DNA of 64,000 nt from a candidate division WWE3 bacterium (GTDB lineage Bacteria; Patescibacteriota; WWE3; 2-01-FULL-39-13), in assembly GCA_943354835.1 (NCBI GenBank), contig CALRDH010000003.1, forward strand, positions 104,496 through 168,495. The letters run 5' to 3'. Each line of letters begins with the position of its first letter. Within the stretch, counting starts at the first letter, position 1. The translations under genes and the position numbers were made by a program. The notes beneath the pieces are model-generated. The model was not told the origin of the DNA, searched no databases, and worked only from the letters and a program-made list of their open reading frames with translations. Shown here piece by piece: positions 27,912 through 38,201 of the stretch.

Positions 27912-30288
27912 AAAATTCTCAATTTGGAATATAGAAATTTACATATTTGCGTTGAAAGTTGCATTAGCCTTTATTGCATTAATTCTATTTACGAGAAGAA
28001 CCTGGGCTGGCGAAGACGCGTTTATATTTTTCAGATATATAGACAATCTAGTAAATGGGAGGGGGTTAGTTTTTAATATTGGCGAAAGAGTTGAAGGATT
28101 TACTTCTCCTTTATGGATATTCTTTCTATCATCAATAAGCCTATTTACATCTCTCGGACTTAGACAAATCGCTATAATCGCAGGACTGTTTTTATCAACC
28201 TTGTCTATTTTGATAATTTTGTTCTTTGACAGTAGTAAAAAATTGTTTTTCCCAATCGGTGTAATTTTACTAATCACAAATTCTGCATTTAGGGATTTTG
28301 CGACAAGTGGATTTGAGACTTCACTAACGTATTTATTATTAACAACTATTGCGATTTTGGTGAAAAAGAATCAAATATGGAAACATCCAATTCAATTAGG
28401 GATTTTATCATCACTTTTGGTTCTAAATAGACCAGAAGCCTTACTGTTTGTTTTCTATATTTTCTTGGTTATCTGTATAAATGGCTTAATATTAATACGT
28501 ACTAAAGTAGTTTCACTTGATACCCTCATTAGCAAATTAATTTACTTTTCATTCCCTGTAATTTTAATAGTAGGCGGTTATCAAATCTTTCGAATGGGAT
28601 ATTTCGCATCTATCCTACCAAATACATTTTATGCAAAAAAAGGTGGCGAATTCTATATGTCGCAAGGACTTTTTTATCTCAAAGATTTCGTTTCTGCATA
28701 TTGGTTTTCATTCGCAATTATATTTCTTGGAATTACAATCTTGACAAGATCAAAGCTCCCTTTTAAACTCTCAAAAATATTTTTTGACGGCGAAGTTCAC
28801 GTATTTGTAATGTCACTGCTTCCACTTTTATACGTTTTATATTCTGGAGGAGACTACATGCACGGAAGATCATTATTAATGACTTTTTTATTAATTTGCA
28901 TCGCGATAAATAGTGTTTTTGAGAAATATACAAAACCTTCATTTTTATCCCTTTTTTACTCGGCAGTTTCTATCGCAATTATTTGTCTAATATCTGTTTC
29001 ACAAATCCCAATCACATCTGTTGCAGGTAAACAAATAAATGGAATTAAAGACGAAAGATTTCACTTCGGGTTTGGATATAACAAAGGAAAATTTAAAGAA
29101 TATTTTGATGAAAGAATCACAGGGCAATTTAACTGGGCAAACAGAGGCTATTATTATAAAGAATTAAGTGATGCGCTAAGAATACCAATTAGCGTTGTTA
29201 TGGGTAACATCGGGTTTTTTGGATACGCAGCAGAAGAAAATGTTAATGTGATGGGAAGTTCACTTTCTGACCCATATCTTTCAAGATTCCCTGTCAGAAT
29301 ACGTGGAACGATTGGACATGAAGGCGAAGCTCACAACGACTATGTATTTTCGAGGAAACCTAATTTCGCGTATACACCATATGTAATTTGGAATGAAGCT
29401 GGGCATTTTAAATATGATAAAGCAGAACATTCAACGGCAATTGTAGGAGATGGTGACGGAAGTTTTATACCAGTTTTTGATTTATCAAATAAGGAATTTT
29501 TGCAAAAATTTTCAACGCTCACAGGTCATGATGTAAAAGTAGAGCTGGACGCATCAATAATGAAATATTTACAAGATGTATCAAAACAAAAACCACTAAA
29601 AAACTTCGAAGATACAACTGATTTTTTTGGATTTTTAGCTACATATTGGGCACCATATGCAAATCAAAAAGATAAAACTTTTTTTGACGACATGAGAAAT
29701 AACTTATGGGGAAATCATGTCTTAAGCGAATATGAGGTTTTTAATTTAAAGCTAAAGAATAAGTCAGAAAGTTTCTTGTCCCATGCAACATCAAAACTCA
29801 ATTCAAAATCTTTTGTGGAAAATATGAAATTTGCCATTCAAAATATCAGCAAAAACACAAACGATTACGACTACATACTATCAATCAATGATGAAAAAGA
29901 TTTAACCCAAAAAGGAGTAACAACATCAGACAGCATTATTTTCGACAAAGTTTATGGAATATTTTATGTTACACCAGGACCCCAAATAGGAGATATTAAG
30001 TTAAGCGTGAATCCAGAAAAATATACTAGGGAAAGTTATGTTTTAAAGATAATCTACAGAATTGCAAAATTTGAAAATTCATTGTCTGTTGCTTGTGAAA
30101 AATGTTCTGATAAACGAATAATATATAAACACGATCCAACTATTTTAGGTGAAAGTCAAGATAAAGTTGAAATACATCTAGACATTACAAAGGAAATATC
30201 AGAAACTGGAGAAATTACTGTACAATTAGATAGACCACAAGGCCCAGCAGCTTTTGAAGTAGGAGTAATTTCAATTGAGTTATTTTAA
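27895..30288 (+). CDS. AftB-like GT-C membrane glycosyltransferase with extracellular C-terminal domain
   Basis: EDAFIFFRYIDNLVNGRGLVFNIGERVEGFTSPLW, TSGFET, NRPEA, LPNTFYAK, GGDYMHGR. Confidence 0.78.
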   Translation: MIGNSKKFSIWNIEIYIFALKVALAFIALILFTRRTWAGEDAFIFFRYIDNLVNGRGLVFNIGERVEGFTSPLWIFFLSSISLFTSLGLRQIAIIAGLFLSTLSILIILFFDSSKKLFFPIGVILLITNSAFRDFATSGFETSLTYLLLTTIAILVKKNQIWKHPIQLGILSSLLVLNRPEALLFVFYIFLVICINGLILIRTKVVSLDTLISKLIYFSFPVILIVGGYQIFRMGYFASILPNTFYAKKGGEFYMSQGLFYLKDFVSAYWFSFAIIFLGITILTRSKLPFKLSKIFFDGEVHVFVMSLLPLLYVLYSGGDYMHGRSLLMTFLLICIAINSVFEKYTKPSFLSLFYSAVSIAIICLISVSQIPITSVAGKQINGIKDERFHFGFGYNKGKFKEYFDERITGQFNWANRGYYYKELSDALRIPISVVMGNIGFFGYAAEENVNVMGSSLSDPYLSRFPVRIRGTIGHEGEAHNDYVFSRKPNFAYTPYVIWNEAGHFKYDKAEHSTAIVGDGDGSFIPVFDLSNKEFLQKFSTLTGHDVKVELDASIMKYLQDVSKQKPLKNFEDTTDFFGFLATYWAPYANQKDKTFFDDMRNNLWGNHVLSEYEVFNLKLKNKSESFLSHATSKLNSKSFVENMKFAIQNISKNTNDYDYILSINDEKDLTQKGVTTSDSIIFDKVYGIFYVTPGPQIGDIKLSVNPEKYTRESYVLKIIYRIAKFENSLSVACEKCSDKRIIYKHDPTILGESQDKVEIHLDITKEISETGEITVQLDRPQGPAAFEVGVISIELF

Positions 30289-30296
30289 TAATTAAT

Positions 30297-31043
30297 ATGC
30301 CAAGTGAATTTGCGGTTTCACTATCAGTGGGCACACAGGAGCTAGCACCACAAGTAAATAAAATTATAGAAATCTGCGAACAAAGGGACGTAAGCCCAAT
30401 TGTTATTCTCGCAGGACATTTAACACTTGACCCGCTTGGATCGGGGAATGCAATTCAAACAGCCCAACAGTATCCATATGGAGTTGTTGTCCCAGTATTA
30501 GCAGAAGAAGGAACTTTTTCAATGGCATATTTAAAAGGTTGGAAAACAGGGGCAGAATTGGCCCAAAATGTAATCAGTCTTGATGCAGATGGATCGCATG
30601 ATCCAATGCAAATCTTAGAATTTATCGATGCACTAAGAACTGGTTCCAAAGCCGTACTAGGAAGTAGAAATATGCCAGGATCAAAAAATAATTATCCATT
30701 ACAACGAAGAATAATATCTGGATTAGGCACTATGGTCGCAAGTACAATATTAAATCCAACTGGTCCAAGATTAACTGATTTTACTAGTGAATTCGAGGGA
30801 ATAAATTCGCAAACGATAAAAGAAATGTTCCATCAAACGCCAGCAAACTCATGGATAAGTGCAACACATGGTCCATATCACTTACAAAACACAGAGTTAA
30901 GAATGAGGTTATTACAAACAGGAATACAAATAGATGAATTACCAATAGAATATGGGACTAATCGTATAGGTAAAAAACTAAAAATGGATTACCTATTCAA
31001 AGCTTTATATGGATTCACACTCCTTATAAAGAACAATATTTAA
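30297..31043 (+). CDS. Divergent DPM1-like GT2 (polyprenol-phosphate hexose synthase-like)
   Basis: LDADGSHDP, VLGSR, RRIISG, LTDFTSEF, ELPIEY..R..K; atypical N-terminus. Confidence 0.65.
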   Translation: MPSEFAVSLSVGTQELAPQVNKIIEICEQRDVSPIVILAGHLTLDPLGSGNAIQTAQQYPYGVVVPVLAEEGTFSMAYLKGWKTGAELAQNVISLDADGSHDPMQILEFIDALRTGSKAVLGSRNMPGSKNNYPLQRRIISGLGTMVASTILNPTGPRLTDFTSEFEGINSQTIKEMFHQTPANSWISATHGPYHLQNTELRMRLLQTGIQIDELPIEYGTNRIGKKLKMDYLFKALYGFTLLIKNNI

Positions 31044-31092
31044 ATTTAGAGTTGTGATTTTTGTTAGATTTTATTATAGTAAAGGAACGATT

Positions 31093-32031
31093 ATGCAAAA
31101 AGATTCTAAAATTTATATAGCAGGACACGCGGGTTTGATGGGGGCTGCTATTATAAGAAGGCTTAAGGCAGATGGCTATACGAATTTGGTTTATAAAACT
31201 CACAGTGAGCTTGAGTTAATGGACGATGTTGCAGTTGATAATTTTTTCAAAAATGAACAACCAGAGTATGTGTTCTTATTTGCCGCTAAAGTTGGAGGAA
31301 TTATTTCAAATCGCGACCATCCAGCAGAATTCCTTTATGAAAATTTAAAGATTGAACTTAATGTGATAGGAAATGCGCATAAATATAAAGTTAAGAAGTT
31401 AATGATGCCAGGATCTACTTGCATATATCCAAAACTTGCAGAGCAACCACTTAAGGAGGAAAGTTTATTGGCTGGCCTTCTAGAACCAACTAACGAAGCA
31501 TATGCAATAGCAAAGATTTCAGGAATAAAACTTTGCCAATCTTTTAATAAACAATATGGCACGAATTTCATATCAGTAATGCCAACAAGTATTTATGGAC
31601 CAAATGATAATTTTGATCCTGCCGAATCACACGTTATTCCAGCGCTTATAAGAAGATTCCATGATGCGAAAATTAACAAACTTGAATCTGTTGTAATGTG
31701 GGGAACGGGAACTCCAAGACGCGAATTTATGCATGTAGACGATATGGCCGATGCACTTGTTTATCTTATGAATAACTATGATGGGTCTGAACTTATAAAT
31801 ATTGGTATGGGCAATGATATTCCAATTAACGATTTAGCATCGGGAATAGCAAAGGTCATCGGATATGAAGGCAAAATTGAGCATGATTTAACAAAACCAG
31901 ATGGAACGCCAAGAAAACTTGTCGATACAAGTAAACTAGATGAAACTGGATGGAAGCCAAAAGTAACACTCGAAGATGGGCTCAAAGAAACATACAAATG
32001 GTTTTTGGGGAATATTGTAAACAAAGAATAA
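31093..32031 (+). CDS. fcl: GDP-L-fucose synthase / ColC-type GDP-4-keto-6-deoxy-sugar epimerase-reductase
   Basis: IAGHAGLMG, AAKVGGI, GSTCIYPK, EPTNEAYAIAK, SHVIPALI, WGTGTPRREF, KPDGTPRK. Confidence 0.93.
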   Translation: MQKDSKIYIAGHAGLMGAAIIRRLKADGYTNLVYKTHSELELMDDVAVDNFFKNEQPEYVFLFAAKVGGIISNRDHPAEFLYENLKIELNVIGNAHKYKVKKLMMPGSTCIYPKLAEQPLKEESLLAGLLEPTNEAYAIAKISGIKLCQSFNKQYGTNFISVMPTSIYGPNDNFDPAESHVIPALIRRFHDAKINKLESVVMWGTGTPRREFMHVDDMADALVYLMNNYDGSELINIGMGNDIPINDLASGIAKVIGYEGKIEHDLTKPDGTPRKLVDTSKLDETGWKPKVTLEDGLKETYKWFLGNIVNKE

Positions 32032-32032
32032 G

Positions 32033-32527
32033 CTAAATCGATTTTAATATCTTCTGAATTATCTTCGTTGAAGAAATATTATCATACTGATCCGGACATT
32101 TCCTTTCCATAATAACCATTTCAACCTTGTATTTATCAATAATTCCACGTCTAAGATCCATATTAAAACCATCAGAATTAACCGCGTAAATGTCTGGTCT
32201 AAGAATACTTAATGCAACGTCAAGCGAACTTAACGGAACATTGAACTCCCCAAGAGTGTCTATGTATGCATAATCAACAGGCTTAAGCGAACTTATCATT
32301 TTCACCCTTAAATATTCATTAAGAATAGGCCTCCCTTCACCTTTATTATATTTAATAATTGCATCACTACCCACACCAACAATAAGTATGTCTCCGAGTT
32401 TTTTTGAATCTTCTAAAAAAAGGATATGACCTGCATGAGTTAAATCAAATGATCCTGTACACAAAATAATTCTCTGATTATAATGTCTCGATCTTATATT
32501 AGGTAAATCTTTTGGATCAATAATCAC
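32033..32527 (-). CDS. Cytidylyl/adenylyltransferase (TagD/RfaE-II-like, HxGH)
   Basis: GSFDLTHAGH, VGVGSD, KG..RPI, ISSTKII. Confidence 0.85.
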   Translation of the reverse strand: MIIDPKDLPNIRSRHYNQRIILCTGSFDLTHAGHILFLEDSKKLGDILIVGVGSDAIIKYNKGEGRPILNEYLRVKMISSLKPVDYAYIDTLGEFNVPLSSLDVALSILRPDIYAVNSDGFNMDLRRGIIDKYKVEMVIMERKCPDQYDNISSTKIIQKILKSI

Positions 32528-32545
32528 AAGACAAGTTTACAACAT

Positions 32546-33391
32546 CTAGCCAATCCTGTTTTTAATCTCACGATCTACGATCTCTGGCAGTTCGTATGGC
32601 TCAAAAACTGTCATTTCAGGGTTTCTGTCTAAAATTACATCAGTCAAAAGTTCTTGTATTCTAGTACTGCATTCTTCCTGGGCTTGAGAAGTCGTTCTGC
32701 CACCATAAAATCTTCTACCGTCTTCATCTTCTTTAGCATATCGTATTCTATTCCCTGCTAATCTTTGATTTAAAGCATTGCTCATACTTCCGCCTTCATT
32801 ACGAACAACTCCAGGAACCCATTTAGATCCATCAGTATAATCATCAATATAATGTTGCACTAAAAATGCTATTTTGACATCGTGGTCAGACGTAAGGCCA
32901 ACTTCGTTGGCTTTAATTAATTCATTCAAGACATCTTCTGAAGCTAAAACACCTTGAGCTCCAGATGCACTTGCAATAAATTTCGCTTTAGATGAAATTG
33001 AAGCTTGCTCTTTTAGAATTTCAGCGCTCAAACCTGTAACTGTATTCTGTTTTTCTTCTGGAGTTCCATCAACCTCACCACTTCTAATTGATGTAATTTC
33101 CTGCTTTTTTCTAAAATCATGAACACCAGCAGCTACCATTGCATTATGCTTTAAATCTGGGGGAAACCCGAGTAAATCAGCAAATATCTCTGCTCTCGCA
33201 GCTTCTACCAAACAATGTTCCGTAACATTCCCCCATCCTCTTTTTATATGCTCACCCTTGAACTCCTCAGAGTCATAATGCCCATGTTCTACGTGCAAAT
33301 CAATTGCGGGATGAATACGCCTTCCAATATTTGCAAAATAGATTGATTTTCTATTTTCGAAATCAGATTTAAGTTCTAAATCTTCAGACAT
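32546..33391 (-). CDS. Hypothetical HD-domain-like protein
   Basis: EHCL...AAGVHDF...HYIDD arrangement resembles HD phosphohydrolases. Confidence 0.55.
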   Translation of the reverse strand: MSEDLELKSDFENRKSIYFANIGRRIHPAIDLHVEHGHYDSEEFKGEHIKRGWGNVTEHCLVEAARAEIFADLLGFPPDLKHNAMVAAGVHDFRKKQEITSIRSGEVDGTPEEKQNTVTGLSAEILKEQASISSKAKFIASASGAQGVLASEDVLNELIKANEVGLTSDHDVKIAFLVQHYIDDYTDGSKWVPGVVRNEGGSMSNALNQRLAGNRIRYAKEDEDGRRFYGGRTTSQAQEECSTRIQELLTDVILDRNPEMTVFEPYELPEIVDREIKNRIG

Positions 33392-33465
33392 AATAGCGTA
33401 GTATTAACACATTGAATTCAAAAATCAAAAAAACTAAGCACATCATTCTATAACAATCACAGTAT

Positions 33466-34197
33466 GTGATAGTATTTGAATTATTAATGGTAGCAATTAA
33501 TTCAATACTAGAAGATTTAGGTTCAAAATCAATGCAAGATGAACCATTTCTATATCATCGAGATCATTCACATTCTTTAGATTCGATACAAAATATAGGA
33601 ATGCCAAAAGGTGGAAGAGGACTTGCTGAATACGAAGCGACATTAAATTTTAATAGAGATGAATTACAAAATAAAACAGTACTAGATCTAGGGGCAGGCC
33701 CCAGATTAAAACTATATAACGAATTAAAAGACATTGGCGCGCACGTAATTTCAATGAGCCCCGATTTTTCAAACCCAGTACATGCAATTAGAGCACGAAT
33801 ATCGACTGATTTACGAGGCAAAGACAACATGGTCGCAGCCGTCGGACAAAGGATTCAATTTCAAGACGAAACATTTGATGCAGTGTTTGCATTGAATTGC
33901 CATATACCATTTGGAACAACAATACTCAGGGCGACACTATCAGAAATGGCCAGAATTCTTAAAAAGGGTGGTACGGCAAGAATTGGACCTTTTTATGAAG
34001 TCCCACATCATCCAAATCTTTTCAGAAAATTTATAGAAATGGATCCAAACATGACTGAGGTGCTCAATCATTACAGAGTCCAAACAGTTGCTGAAGCAAT
34101 TCCTACCAGCATAGTACCAATGATGCTAGTGTCAGATGATGATGGCGATAAAGCGATGGAACCATCTTTTAAAATTGTAATGCGGAAATCTATTTAG
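33466..34197 (+). CDS. Class I SAM-dependent methyltransferase
   Basis: VLDLGAG, FQDETFDAV, EMARILKKGG; start uncertain (33466 or 33487). Confidence 0.8.
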   Translation: MIVFELLMVAINSILEDLGSKSMQDEPFLYHRDHSHSLDSIQNIGMPKGGRGLAEYEATLNFNRDELQNKTVLDLGAGPRLKLYNELKDIGAHVISMSPDFSNPVHAIRARISTDLRGKDNMVAAVGQRIQFQDETFDAVFALNCHIPFGTTILRATLSEMARILKKGGTARIGPFYEVPHHPNLFRKFIEMDPNMTEVLNHYRVQTVAEAIPTSIVPMMLVSDDDGDKAMEPSFKIVMRKSI

Positions 34198-34247
34198 CTG
34201 TTATTTGCGACTTCCATAAAATATAAAATGTGGTTATTATCATGTGT

Positions 34248-35327
34248 ATGAAACAGGACAAGACAAAAAAAGCACTTATATCAGGCATCAGCGGTCAAGA
34301 TGGTTCATATTTAGCCGAACTTCTTTTACAAAAAGGTTATGAGGTTCACGGAATCAGACGAAGGACAAGCCTTTTTAATTCGGCACGATTTGATCATCTA
34401 TTTGATCATCTATACGAAGAAGCACAAGACCCCGACGCTAAATTGCATCTTCACTATGGCGATCTATCAGATTCATCTTCATTATATAAAATTGTTTCCG
34501 ACGTAAAACCCGATGAAATTTATAATCTTGGGGCCCAAAGTCATGTCGGAGTAAGTTTTAATATTCCAGAATATACAGGTGACGTAGTAGGACTTGGAGT
34601 TGTAAGACTTCTTGAAGCAATAAAACAATCAGGCTGTAATGCAAAATTCTACCAAGCATCTTCAAGTGAAATGTTTGGAAAAGTTCTAGAAACACCACAA
34701 AAAGAAACAACACCATTTTATCCAAGATCACCATATGGTGTCGCAAAAGTTTATGCATACTGGATAACAAAAAACTATAGAGAAAGTTATGGGATGTTCA
34801 CGTGTAACGGCATTTTATTTAACCATGAATCTCCACGTAGAGGAAGAACATTTGTAACAAGAAAAATCACACGTGCAGTTGCTTTGATATTACAAGGTAA
34901 GTTGGAAACGCTTTACTTGGGCAATTTAGACTCATCACGCGACTGGGGCCACGCAAAAGACTATGTAAATGCTATGTGGCTCATGATGCAACACAAAATC
35001 CCAGACGATTACGTTGTCGCTTCTGGTGAAACACACACTGTAAGAGAATTTGTAGAAAAAGCGTTTAAATACGTAAATATAGATATCGTTTGGCATGGCA
35101 AAGGGGTGGATGAAATTGGAATAGACAAAAAAACAAAAAAAACACTGGTAAAAAGCGACCCAATATACTTTAGGCCAGCAGAAGTCGAATTATTACTCGG
35201 AGATCCGACTAAAGCAAAAAAAGAGCTTAAATGGAAAATGCAATATACTTTCGATGAAATGATAAATGAAATGATGGAATTTGACCTTACAAACGAAGCG
35301 AAAAAAAACGGATATTTAGATTATTAA
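34248..35327 (+). CDS. gmd: GDP-mannose 4,6-dehydratase
   Basis: [59 protein letters not shown]. Confidence 0.97.
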   Translation: MKQDKTKKALISGISGQDGSYLAELLLQKGYEVHGIRRRTSLFNSARFDHLFDHLYEEAQDPDAKLHLHYGDLSDSSSLYKIVSDVKPDEIYNLGAQSHVGVSFNIPEYTGDVVGLGVVRLLEAIKQSGCNAKFYQASSSEMFGKVLETPQKETTPFYPRSPYGVAKVYAYWITKNYRESYGMFTCNGILFNHESPRRGRTFVTRKITRAVALILQGKLETLYLGNLDSSRDWGHAKDYVNAMWLMMQHKIPDDYVVASGETHTVREFVEKAFKYVNIDIVWHGKGVDEIGIDKKTKKTLVKSDPIYFRPAEVELLLGDPTKAKKELKWKMQYTFDEMINEMMEFDLTNEAKKNGYLDY

Positions 35328-35341
35328 TTGCAAATACGAAT

Positions 35342-36205
35342 ATGACAAAAGTTAAAGTGATTGATCTTCAAATCAAAGGGACTAGAATCCGTCGTGATGT
35401 TATTGACTTAGTAACAAGATCCCGCGATGGTCATATTCCATCTGCACAATCAATGGTAGAAATTTTATCCGTCCTTTATTATCACATTCTCAACGTAGAC
35501 CCGAAAAACCCAAATAAACCTGATAGAGATAGATTTATACTTAGTAAAGGGCATGGATGTGCTTCACTATATGCAGTATTGGCAGACTTGGGGTTTTTCC
35601 CACGATCTGAATTAGAAAAATACGCAACAATGAGTGGTATATTGGGTGGTCACCCAGAAATGCAAAAAGTTCCTGGAATCGAAGTTTCAACAGGATCACT
35701 CGGGCATGGATTTCCAATGGGGGTTGGCATGGCAATGTCAGCAAAACTAAATAATCAAAAGCACAAAGTATATTGCGTAGTTGGCGATGGCGAATGCAAC
35801 GAAGGAACTATATGGGAAGCTGCTAATATCTCCGCACATTTTAAACTTGATAACCTTGTTGTGATTGTTGATCACAACAAGCAACAAGCTAGTGGTGACG
35901 TTTTTGAAATAATGAATCCACACCTACTTTCTGAAAAGTGGAAATCATTTGGATGGGAAACTATTGAGTTAGATGGACACAACATAGAAAGCCTACATAA
36001 AGCTTTTACATCACTTCCATTTAAATCTGGAAAACCTTCAGCAATAATTGCAAATACCATAAAAGGAAAAGGCATTTCATTTATGGAAAACGAAAGAAGA
36101 TGGCATACAGCAATTCCAAACGAAGAAGAATTTAAATTAGCAATGGCAGAACTAGATGAACAAGAAAAACAACTAACGAAGATAAAAGGAGGCAGTAAAA
36201 AATGA
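35342..36205 (+). CDS. Transketolase, N-terminal (ThDP-binding) subunit
   Basis: DRDRFILSKGH, GHP, STGSLGHG, GDGECNEG...DHN, TIKGKG, WH. Confidence 0.92.
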   Translation: MTKVKVIDLQIKGTRIRRDVIDLVTRSRDGHIPSAQSMVEILSVLYYHILNVDPKNPNKPDRDRFILSKGHGCASLYAVLADLGFFPRSELEKYATMSGILGGHPEMQKVPGIEVSTGSLGHGFPMGVGMAMSAKLNNQKHKVYCVVGDGECNEGTIWEAANISAHFKLDNLVVIVDHNKQQASGDVFEIMNPHLLSEKWKSFGWETIELDGHNIESLHKAFTSLPFKSGKPSAIIANTIKGKGISFMENERRWHTAIPNEEEFKLAMAELDEQEKQLTKIKGGSKK

Positions 36206-37134
36206 GAAAAGCATTTGTGGAAGCGATATCAGAGATCCTAGACACTAACGACAAAGCATTGCTTCTGATTGGAGATATTGGTGCATACCTTCTAAAAGAT
36301 ATTAGTGCAAAACATCCAAATAGAGTAATAAACATGGGCATTGCAGAAGCTGGAATGATGAGTGCAGCAGTAGGTCTTGCACTAGAAGGGTGGATTCCAT
36401 TTGTTTATACAATAACGCCGTTTGTAACCGCAAGAGCGTACGATCAAATTAGAGCGGGTGTTGGATATCATGAAGCCAATGTAAAAATAGTTGGTATCGG
36501 AAGTGGCCTTTCATATAGTGCACTTGGTGGAACACACCATTCAATAGAAGACATAGCAATGATGAGATCAATACCTGGAATGACAATCATTTCCCCATCA
36601 GATGGACCAGAAACAATACAGGCAACAAAAGCTACAGCAAATCATTTTGGACCTGTTTACCTTAGACTAATGTTAAATGTTGAACCATTAGCTATTGATA
36701 TTAAACGCAAAGAATTCAAAATAGGACAAGCTAAAAAACTTTCGAATGGCAAAGATTTAACAATAATTGCAACTGGAGAACTCGTGAAAGAAGCTTTGGA
36801 CGTTTCCGCTATGTTGCAAAAAGATAAAATATACGCAAGCATAATAAATATGAGCACGATTAAACCAATCGATAAAAAAACTATCGAATCTGAAGTTATA
36901 TCCGCACCTATTATATTCACACTCGAAGAGCACAATGTTATTGGTGGATTAGGATCAGGAGTAGCAGAAGTTATTTCTGAATCAAAGCTAAAATCAAAAC
37001 CACGATTAGTGCGACTCGGAATTCAAGATAAATTCACAAATAAATATGGCCATAAAAGCGAACTCTACGAATATCTGAATCTTGACGCGAAAAGTTTATA
37101 TAAAAGGGTTAAAAAGGAAATTAAAAATGGATAA
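36202..37134 (+). CDS. Transketolase, C-terminal subunit
   Basis: NMGIAE, RAYDQI, GGTHHSIED, GPVYLR, IKPID, EEH..GGLGS. Confidence 0.92.
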   Translation: MRKAFVEAISEILDTNDKALLLIGDIGAYLLKDISAKHPNRVINMGIAEAGMMSAAVGLALEGWIPFVYTITPFVTARAYDQIRAGVGYHEANVKIVGIGSGLSYSALGGTHHSIEDIAMMRSIPGMTIISPSDGPETIQATKATANHFGPVYLRLMLNVEPLAIDIKRKEFKIGQAKKLSNGKDLTIIATGELVKEALDVSAMLQKDKIYASIINMSTIKPIDKKTIESEVISAPIIFTLEEHNVIGGLGSGVAEVISESKLKSKPRLVRLGIQDKFTNKYGHKSELYEYLNLDAKSLYKRVKKEIKNG

Positions 37135-38200
37135 ACATCTTGGAATTATATATTCGGATATAAAAGAAATAGCTCACGAAATCTCAAATATTTCAAATAA
37201 ACTTTCAGGATCAACAATAGTTATTACAGGTCCAAATGGTCTTTTAGCAAGCTACATCGTTGACACAATAGCATACTTAAATTCCGAAAAAATTCTAGAA
37301 AAACCATGCAAGGTAATCGGCCTTCAAAGGTCGGAAATAGACAAAAATAGCAGACTTGGACATTTATTAAAACGAAAAGATATAAAACTCATCCAACATG
37401 ACGTTATTGAACCATATAAATTCGCAGAAAAAATCGACTACATAATTCATTCGGCAGGAAGATCAGCCCCTGCAACTTTTCAAAGCGACCCACTTGGAAC
37501 AATTGATGTAAACGTTAAAGGTGTTAGATGGCTTCTTGATTTCGCAAAAGAAAATCCTGTAAAAAGCTTTTTATATATGAGTTCGGGTGAAACATATGGA
37601 AATCCAACACCTGAAAATATTCCAACCCCAGAAACATATGCAGGAAATGTATCAACATTCGCACCACGAGCATGCTACACAGAATCAAAAAGGCTTTCAG
37701 AAACGTTGTGCAATGTGTATTTCCAGCAGTATCAAATTCCAGTAAAAATAGCTCGTCCATTCATAGTATATGGACCCGGACTTCCAATTACTGACAGAAG
37801 AGTCATGGCCGATTTTATGAGGCTTGGGATCGAGGGAAAACCGATAGAAATGCTTTCAGAAGGCTTAGATAAACGGTCTTATTGTTATATCTTGGATGCA
37901 ACAGTGTTATTTTTCAACATGCTCCTTTCGGATTATAACGGTGAAGCTTTCAACGTCGCAAACGACACAGAAGAAATAAGCATTAGAGACTTAGCAGAAA
38001 ACATACATAATATTTGCGGAATTAAAAGTCCCGTTACTGTAAAAAAGACAGAAGACACTAAATTCATATCAGATGCTCCTAAACGCGTTTTGCCTGATAT
38101 TTCAAAAGCTAAAAAACTACTTGGATACAAACCAGAGATTGGGATTCGTGAAGGACTTAAAAGAACAATTGAATGGAACCGGGCTTTTTTCAAAAAATAA
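37127..38200 (+). CDS. NAD-dependent epimerase/dehydratase SDR, UDP-glucuronate decarboxylase-like (paralog 1)
   Basis: ITGPNGLLA, SSGETYG, RACYTESKR (YxxxK), RPFIVYGPG, RSYCY. Confidence 0.88.
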   Translation: MDKHLGIIYSDIKEIAHEISNISNKLSGSTIVITGPNGLLASYIVDTIAYLNSEKILEKPCKVIGLQRSEIDKNSRLGHLLKRKDIKLIQHDVIEPYKFAEKIDYIIHSAGRSAPATFQSDPLGTIDVNVKGVRWLLDFAKENPVKSFLYMSSGETYGNPTPENIPTPETYAGNVSTFAPRACYTESKRLSETLCNVYFQQYQIPVKIARPFIVYGPGLPITDRRVMADFMRLGIEGKPIEMLSEGLDKRSYCYILDATVLFFNMLLSDYNGEAFNVANDTEEISIRDLAENIHNICGIKSPVTVKKTEDTKFISDAPKRVLPDISKAKKLLGYKPEIGIREGLKRTIEWNRAFFKK

Positions 38201-38201
38201 T

